A DNA stretch of 64,000 nucleotides from an uncultured Fibrobacteraceae bacterium (GTDB taxonomy: Bacteria; Krumholzibacteriota; Krumholzibacteriia; LZORAL124-64-63), in contig CAYLIV010000012.1 of NCBI GenBank assembly GCA_964384055.1, forward strand, positions 1,635-65,634, read 5' to 3'. Positions within the stretch are counted from its first letter, which is position 1. Each line of letters starts with the position of its first letter. A program made the position numbers and the translations under genes. Below the pieces are notes generated by a model. The model saw only the letters and a program-made list of their open reading frames with translations, ran no database searches and was not told where the DNA came from. Positions 58,349 through 64,000 of this stretch are shown here, piece after piece.

Positions 58349-58382
58349 ACTTGACTATACAAAGTACTTTGGTTATTAAAGT
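58349..58382 (+). promoter_or_regulatory. Sigma70-like promoter overlapped by two abutting inverted-repeat operator-like sites
   Basis: TTGACT(58351)-N17-TATTAA(58374); sites ACTTGA-N5-CAAAGT and ACTTTG-N5-TAAAGT; central perfect palindrome CAAAGTACTTTG. Confidence 0.65.
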
Positions 58383-58456
58383 ATCTGACATCGGGCGGAC
58401 ACTTTGCGCAGACTGCAGATCGTGAAGTCGATGCCGCAGCGCGGACAGCGTGTCGC

Positions 58457-58711
58457 GAGAGGTTGATGCCGGGTCCAGACGGAGCAACGGTTTCCGGCCG
58501 AGGACCCCCGAGAGGGGTTGGGGAAGGATCCCCGAGCGGCAAGGGGGACGGATTCTTGGTCCTGGGTGCCAGCCGTCCCCCCGTCAACCCTCTTCCGCTG
58601 AACGGACTCAGGGAAGAGATCGACTTCTTCCGATCGCGATCTCCGATCACACTCACTGCGTCATGGGGGAGGTGTATGCCTCCCCCGAGTGAGTCGTCGC
58701 CGAAGGTGACG
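58457..58711 (+). ncRNA. Candidate structured RNA or 5' leader, family unassigned
   Basis: At least seven nested or adjacent stems in about 255 nt of intergenic sequence (see findings). No credible protein ORF. Confidence 0.4.
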
Positions 58712-58775
58712 TTGTCCCGGTGCGCGCCCGCTCTCTCGTACCCGCGTAGTACGCCCGGCAAGGAGGCCGAGGGGC

Positions 58776-59102
58776 GTGGCGAGGTCTTCTACATCCGTGC
58801 CTGCCGGTGGCGGACAGGTGCCGCTGGCCCCCTTGATCCACGGCCGGGTCCGGCTCATGGTTCTCTCCCTCATCACGACCGAGCAACGTCCGGTACCGTT
58901 TACCGAGATACGCGCACAACTGGGGCTGACCGACGGATCGCTGTCGGTGCACCTGTCGCGGCTGGCGGAAGGCGGCTTGATCTCCCTGGAAAAGCGATTC
59001 GTGGGTAAACGTCCCCAGACGCTGGTTGCGGTAACACCCGAGGGAAGGCGTCGCTTCGCGAAGTACGTGCAGGAGTTGCGTGATATCGTGCCCGGACTGT
59101 AG
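58776..59102 (+). CDS. Winged-helix transcriptional regulator (HTH_34, ArsR/MarR-like)
   Basis: LIH.RVRL.VLS, F.E....LGLTDGSLSVHL..L...G.I...K.F.G.RP.T....TPEGR; RBS AAGGAGG. Confidence 0.88.
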   Translation: MARSSTSVPAGGGQVPLAPLIHGRVRLMVLSLITTEQRPVPFTEIRAQLGLTDGSLSVHLSRLAEGGLISLEKRFVGKRPQTLVAVTPEGRRRFAKYVQELRDIVPGL

Positions 59103-59180
59103 AGCCCGGTAGGCGACCGCAGCGCGCTTTTCTCGGTTTAGGCCGCAGCGCTGCGCTCGCCACTGTCAATCCGCTTCAGG

Positions 59181-61805
59181 TCACGGCGTGCGTATCCTGA
59201 CGGAGCTCTTCTCGGCGTCGCTGACCCGACTGGTCGGATCGGGTTCGTCCAGCCAGGTGATCAGGCCGGTCTCGAAACGATCGAGGGGGAATTCCTCGTT
59301 GCGCGGTACGACGCGGATGGTAAAGCCGCGTTGCCCCGAACGGCGGCACGGTATCTCGCCGGTGAAGGTGACCGAGCCCTGCTGCGCATCGTCCTGCGGG
59401 ATCATGGTCGCCGTCTCGCCGTTCTCGATCTCGCCCCTGCTGTTCAGCAAGCCGTGATAGATCTCGACCAGGACGTCGCTGGTGGCTATCGCCCCGAGAT
59501 CCACGACGGCCTTGACCGGCAGATGGGAGCCCATGGGCAGGGCGTCGACCGTGTCGGTCTGCACGCCGGCGATCTTGACCGTCGGCCAGTTTTCACGCAC
59601 GTGGCTCCGCCAGCCGGCGAGACTCTGCGCGCCGGTGAAATCGTTCTGGACGAGCCTTTCGTTGTTATAGAGGCTGGGGATGTAGAAGCGCTGGGTGTAT
59701 TCCTCGACCATGCGGTTGGTATTGAAGTTGGCGTTGACCGTCCGCATGGAGTTTTTCATGATCCGGGTCCATTCACGCGGCACGCCGTCGTTGCCGCGCT
59801 CGTAGTAGATCGGCACGATCTCCGCCTCGAGCAGGTCGTACAGCGCCGTGCTTTCCACCTCGTCCTGGTACTCCTGGTCGGTGTAGTCCTCGCCGGCGCC
59901 GATCGCCCAGCCGTTGTCGCCCTCGTAACCCTCGCACCACCAGCCGTCGAGGATCGAGAGGTTGATACCGCCGTTGACCGGAACCTTCATGCCGCTGGTG
60001 CCGCTCGCTTCCAGCGGACGGCGCGGGTTGTTCAACCAGATATCGACTCCCTGGACCAGGTACCGAGCCACCTCGATATTGTAGTCCTCCACGAAGGCGA
60101 TCCGGTTGCGGAACTCCTCCCGTTGCGACATGTGGACGAGCTGTCGGATCAGTTCCTTTCCCGGGTGGTCTTTCGGGTGCGCCTTGCCGGCGAAGATCAG
60201 CTGCACCGGTCGCTCGGGATTGTTCAGGATACGGCTCAGGCGTTCGGGATCGCGCAGGATCAGGGCGGCGCGCTTGTAGGTGGCGAAACGGCGGGCAAAG
60301 CCGATGGTCAGCGCCTCGGGGTCGAGCACCTCGGAGGCGGCCTTGATCCAGGCGCGGTTGGCGCCGCGTCGCTTCAGCTGGGCGCGCAGACGACGCCGGG
60401 CAAAGCCTACCAGCCGCTCGCGCATGCGCTCGTGACTGCGCCACAGCTCGGCGTCGGGAATATGGTTCACCCGTTCCCAGACCATTTGATTCGTCGGTTC
60501 GTCATACCACCGCGGGCCGAGATAGCGGTCGTACAGGCGCGCCATTTCCTGGCACTGCCAGGTCCGCGTATGGATGCCGTTGGTCACGTGCGAGATGGGA
60601 ATCTCGGCCTGGGGCACGCCGGGCCACATGCGCTGCCACATGTCCCGCGAGACGTGACCGTGCAGTTCGCTCACGCCGTTGGCGAACTGGGCGAGCCGCA
60701 GGGCCAGTACGGTCATGCAGAAGGGCTCGGAGAGGTTTTCGGCGTCCTGGCGGCCCAGAGCCAGCAGCCCGTCGATACCGATACCGAGCGTGTCCGCCAA
60801 TGGCTGCAGGTAGGCCTTCACCAGGTCGGCGGGGAAGTGATCGTTGCCCGCGGGAACCGGCGTGTGGGTGGTGAACACGCTGCTGGAACGGACGGTCTCG
60901 AAAGCCACTTCGTATGGTAGAGCGTGCTCCGCCATCTGCGTCCTGATCCGTTCGAGTCCCAGAAACGCGGCGTGTCCTTCGTTCATGTGGCAGACGGTGG
61001 GTTTGATACCCAGCTTGCGCAGCGCTTTGTAGCCGCCGATCCCGAGCAGGATTTCCTGGCGGATCCGCATGTCGTTGTCACCGCTATACAGATTGCTCGT
61101 CAGTTCCCGGTCTTCGGGCCGGTTCTCGGGCACGTTGGTGTCGAGCATGAACAGCGGATTGCGTCCGACCTGGATGCGCCAGATCAGTGCCTTGACCTGG
61201 CGGCCGGGCAGGTCCACGTGGATGTACTGCTGGTTGCCGTCCGCATCGAGTTCCTGGGTCATGCACATGTTGAAGAAATCGTTGACGACGTAGTCTTCCT
61301 GCTGCCAGCCATCGTGATTCAGGTACTGACGAAAGTAGCCGTACTGATAGGCCAGGCCGACGCCCACGAGCGGCAGGCCCAGGTCCGACGCGGACTTCAA
61401 ATGGTCTCCTGCCAGGATCCCCAGGCCGCCCGAGTAGAGGGGCAGACATTCGTGCAAACCGAATTCGAGGGAGAAATAGCCGATGATGTGCTGCCGGTGT
61501 TCTTCGTGTTCGCTGTCGAACCAGGAAGTGCGGGTCAGGTAGCGGTCGAGATCCGCCTGCACACGTTCCAGGTGCGCGAGGAACGCACTGTCGCGCATCA
61601 GCGCGGAAACCCGCTCGGCCGAGAGACTGCCCAGCACGGCGACCGGGTTGTGCTTGTTCCCGTCCCAGAGATCGGCGTCGACCCGGCGCAGCAGCGTGAT
61701 CGCTTCGGGATTCCAGGTCCACCAGACATTTCGAGCGATGTCCAGCAGCGGCTGCAATTTCGGGGGGAGGCTGGGAGTGACGGTGAACCTCTTCACGTAA
61801 CGCAT
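59181..61805 (-). CDS. glgP: Alpha-glucan (glycogen) phosphorylase
   Basis: YFSLEFG, YSGGLG.LAGD.LKSASD, HMNEGH, FTTHTPVPAG, GFARRFATYKR, EASGTSGMK (PLP lysine), DGWW.EG. Confidence 0.97.
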   Translation of the reverse strand: MRYVKRFTVTPSLPPKLQPLLDIARNVWWTWNPEAITLLRRVDADLWDGNKHNPVAVLGSLSAERVSALMRDSAFLAHLERVQADLDRYLTRTSWFDSEHEEHRQHIIGYFSLEFGLHECLPLYSGGLGILAGDHLKSASDLGLPLVGVGLAYQYGYFRQYLNHDGWQQEDYVVNDFFNMCMTQELDADGNQQYIHVDLPGRQVKALIWRIQVGRNPLFMLDTNVPENRPEDRELTSNLYSGDNDMRIRQEILLGIGGYKALRKLGIKPTVCHMNEGHAAFLGLERIRTQMAEHALPYEVAFETVRSSSVFTTHTPVPAGNDHFPADLVKAYLQPLADTLGIGIDGLLALGRQDAENLSEPFCMTVLALRLAQFANGVSELHGHVSRDMWQRMWPGVPQAEIPISHVTNGIHTRTWQCQEMARLYDRYLGPRWYDEPTNQMVWERVNHIPDAELWRSHERMRERLVGFARRRLRAQLKRRGANRAWIKAASEVLDPEALTIGFARRFATYKRAALILRDPERLSRILNNPERPVQLIFAGKAHPKDHPGKELIRQLVHMSQREEFRNRIAFVEDYNIEVARYLVQGVDIWLNNPRRPLEASGTSGMKVPVNGGINLSILDGWWCEGYEGDNGWAIGAGEDYTDQEYQDEVESTALYDLLEAEIVPIYYERGNDGVPREWTRIMKNSMRTVNANFNTNRMVEEYTQRFYIPSLYNNERLVQNDFTGAQSLAGWRSHVRENWPTVKIAGVQTDTVDALPMGSHLPVKAVVDLGAIATSDVLVEIYHGLLNSRGEIENGETATMIPQDDAQQGSVTFTGEIPCRRSGQRGFTIRVVPRNEEFPLDRFETGLITWLDEPDPTSRVSDAEKSSVRIRTP

Positions 61806-61904
61806 GATTCGCTCCGGGTTTGAAGGCTACGACTCGATCGACGTTGGTCTCGGATCTATCGGCACGTCTGCCAGGGAGTTAATCGTTTGTACGGCATTTC
61901 CCGC

Positions 61905-62453
61905 TCAGAAGAGCTGCGGTGCCGCGACCCGCGCTGAAGATCCCATCGTGTGCCCTTCCAGGCGCAACAGCTGTGCCTTCAGGCTGACGCCGCCGCCAAA
62001 TCCGACGAGACGACCATCGGCGCCGATGACCCTGTGGCAGGGCACCACGATCGGTAGCGGATTCTGGCCGGCGGCCTGACCGACGGCGCGGGCGCCGCGC
62101 GGACGACCGATCTCACGGGCGACCCGCTGGTACGACCGCAATTTCCCGAAGGGGATGGTCCGCAGCAATTCCCAAACGGAACACTGGAAACTGGTACCAC
62201 GCATGTCGAGGGGCAAGTCGAAATCGTGCCGGCGACCGCAGAAGTATTCGCCGAGCTGGTCGATCAGCGGTGCAAAGGCCGACTCGTTTTCCATCAACTC
62301 GATGTCTTCGCCGTAGGCCTGGGCCAGCCGCGCAACCTCGGTGCGGTACTGGAAGGCTTCCTGCAAGAAGAACACACGCAGCAATCCGCGTTCGCTGGCC
62401 AGGGTCAGTACCGGGCCGACGACAGTCAGGACGAGTCTGTGGTAGATAAGCAT
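61905..62453 (-). CDS. ogt: Methylated-DNA--protein-cysteine methyltransferase
   Basis: GTSFQ..VW..L..IP.G, ARAVG.A...NP.PIVVPCHRVI. Confidence 0.93.
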   Translation of the reverse strand: MLIYHRLVLTVVGPVLTLASERGLLRVFFLQEAFQYRTEVARLAQAYGEDIELMENESAFAPLIDQLGEYFCGRRHDFDLPLDMRGTSFQCSVWELLRTIPFGKLRSYQRVAREIGRPRGARAVGQAAGQNPLPIVVPCHRVIGADGRLVGFGGGVSLKAQLLRLEGHTMGSSARVAAPQLF

Positions 62454-62681
62454 CGTACCGCCGTGACGAAACGCTCGGTGAGCGAGTATCAATCGGGCCA
62501 CACGTGTTCGGCGGAACACCCGGGCGCTGTCGACTCGAAGCGGCGCCGAGCCGGGCTCGGCACGAGCTGTCCGGGACAGAGCGTAGCAGATCTGTTACGC
62601 TTTGCAAAGTGTTCACGACGGTGATCCGCGCTTGCTCACGGGCGCTGAAACGAATCCGGAAACGTGCCGCGGGGGACAATC

Positions 62682-63623
62682 ATGCCAGCCGATGACCGGT
62701 CGGATTTCCACCCGGAACCCCATGGGGATAGACCGTCGGCATTGCTCGGCGAAATACTGGCCCATGCGGCGTGGCGCCTGGGTAATCTGCTCGACATCCG
62801 ACCGAAGCGTGAGTTCGTTGCCGGACATCTCGTCGGTTCGGTGTCGTTACCGGTGGCCGCGGCACCGGACGCGGCGACCGTGGACGCGTGTCTGCCCTCG
62901 ATCTTCCTGCCGCCCCGGCACGAGCCGCTGGTATTGATCGCCGGTAGCAGAACGCTGGGCGAGGCTGTCGGTGAGCACCTGGTACGCCGCGGACGCCAGC
63001 AACCGCTCGTCGCGGCATTCGCTCCGGCGGACTGGCGAGAACTGCCGTCCGACGCGGTCGCCACGGGAGAAAGTCGGCGACATCTCTGGCGGCCGTCGCC
63101 GTTTCTCGAGCAGCACCTGGAACTCCTGCCCCCGCCGGCTGCCGGGCCGGTGCTCGATCTGGCCTGTGGCAGCGGGCGCGCCGCCGTCTGGCTCGCCGAA
63201 CGAGGCTTCCACGTAACTGGCGTCGACCGGCAAGCCGAAGCCCTGGGCTACGGCGAACGCCTGGCGGCCAGCCGCGGCGTTCACTGCGAGTTCATCAACC
63301 GGGATCTGCGCGACCTGGACCGGGTGCCCAGGGGACCGTGGGCGGTCGTGCTGGTATTTCGCTACCTTCACCGGCCCTTGCTGGCCCGGCTGACCGCGTT
63401 GTTGAAACCCGGCGGCGTGGCCCTGATCCGCACCTTTCGCCATCAGCCGGGATTCGGCGGTCCGCCGAGTCGCCGCCACCGTCTGGAAGCCGGTGAACTG
63501 CCACAATACTTCCCGCCGGATCTTTTCGAGGTATTGATACACGAAGAGAATCTCGATCCGGACGGACGACCGGCGGCGGGTATCGTCGCCCGCCGCCACC
63601 GGCCAACCAAACGCGCTATTTGA
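62682..63623 (+). CDS. Rhodanese-like domain fused to TehB-like class I SAM methyltransferase
   Basis: LDIRP..EF..GH..GSVSLP rhodanese motif; VLDLACGSGR..VWLA..GF.V.GVD; FRYLHRPL...LKPGG. Confidence 0.8.
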   Translation: MPADDRSDFHPEPHGDRPSALLGEILAHAAWRLGNLLDIRPKREFVAGHLVGSVSLPVAAAPDAATVDACLPSIFLPPRHEPLVLIAGSRTLGEAVGEHLVRRGRQQPLVAAFAPADWRELPSDAVATGESRRHLWRPSPFLEQHLELLPPPAAGPVLDLACGSGRAAVWLAERGFHVTGVDRQAEALGYGERLAASRGVHCEFINRDLRDLDRVPRGPWAVVLVFRYLHRPLLARLTALLKPGGVALIRTFRHQPGFGGPPSRRHRLEAGELPQYFPPDLFEVLIHEENLDPDGRPAAGIVARRHRPTKRAI

Positions 63624-63999
63624 GCAAGGTCAACTTACGTGTTCGCAACTCGTCGACGGTACGCAGCAACACGAGATACGTGCCCGAGGATACGAAACGC
63701 CCGGTGTCGTCGCGACCGTTCCACACGAGGCTGTGGCGGCCGGTCGCATACACCTCGTCGGCGAGTTCGACGATGTGGTGCCCGGTCAGATCGTACACAC
63801 CGATCTCGACCCGCTGGGGGTTGCCCACGGTGAACGAAATCGTCGTCTGCGGATTGAAGGGATTGGGGAAGATCTCCTGGAAATCGGTGCGCAACGCCGG
63901 CACGTCGATGGTCAGATTCCGATGATCCAGATAGGTCCACGAGCCGTCCGGTTCCTGCAGCGAAAGCGTATAGGTCACCGAACCGCCGGCAAAGAGGTG
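63616..63999 (-). CDS. Secreted protein, C-terminal part with FlgD-Ig CTD (5'-truncated by window)
   Basis: Frame is open to the window edge; FPNPFNPQTTISF...WNGRDDTGRFVSSGTY...RKLTLLK. Confidence 0.85.
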   Translation of the reverse strand, partial: HLFAGGSVTYTLSLQEPDGSWTYLDHRNLTIDVPALRTDFQEIFPNPFNPQTTISFTVGNPQRVEIGVYDLTGHHIVELADEVYATGRHSLVWNGRDDTGRFVSSGTYLVLLRTVDELRTRKLTLLK

Positions 64000-64000
64000 C

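Noticed and set aside
58457-58711. Assignment of the structured element to RNase P RNA, tmRNA, SRP, or SAM-I, lysine, glycine or cobalamin riboswitch
   Set aside because: Isolated words occur (AGAGG, CGCCGAAG, GGCAA, GGTGCCA, GGGAAGG), but not in the required order or pairing context. The RNase P P4 motif and the tRNA-like ends of tmRNA are absent.
58463-59008. 181-aa ORF overlapping the structured element and the wHTH gene
   Set aside because: It is P/G/R-rich, has no hydrophobic helices or domain motifs, and overlaps the better-supported regulator.
1-64000. tRNA or rRNA genes, transposases, integrases, prophage genes, selenocysteine or stop-codon readthrough
   Set aside because: None was recognisable by eye. 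All conserved ORFs appear intact, with no in-frame stops needing recoding.

Overview
GC-rich bacterial window with about 45 protein-coding genes. No rRNA, tRNA, CRISPR array or transposase was recognised. Nine proteins end in a FlgD-Ig / T9SS-type-A-like C-terminal domain (PNPFN...WDG.D..G..V.SG.Y), which suggests an FCB-related candidate lineage such as Krumholzibacteriota, Latescibacterota or Eisenbacteria (inference only). Contents: two-component signalling genes (three hybrid kinases, a degenerate HD-GYP regulator, two HDOD paralogues); two polysaccharide blocks (epimerase/gmd/MurJ-like flippase, and GT4/GT2-WecG fusion/sulfotransferase); three cohesin-like secreted proteins, two with dockerin-like domains; several peptidases; and housekeeping genes (dacA, rocD, glgP, ogt, AlkD-like, NhaP, MATE). 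The standout is an 11-kb locus (7.3-18.5 kb). It holds a shortened SprA-like outer-membrane barrel fused to a beta-propeller, four twin-arginine DUF362 proteins (three also carrying the C-terminal sorting domain) and two DUF6599-like proteins. A third DUF362/DUF6599 pair lies at 46-48 kb. Other highlights are a short C-terminal motif W-x3-K-x2-F-[HR] shared by two unrelated secreted proteins, and an unassigned multi-hairpin element behind an operator-covered promoter at 58.35-58.71 kb. Family assignments come from motifs recognised by eye and from memory, not from database searches.
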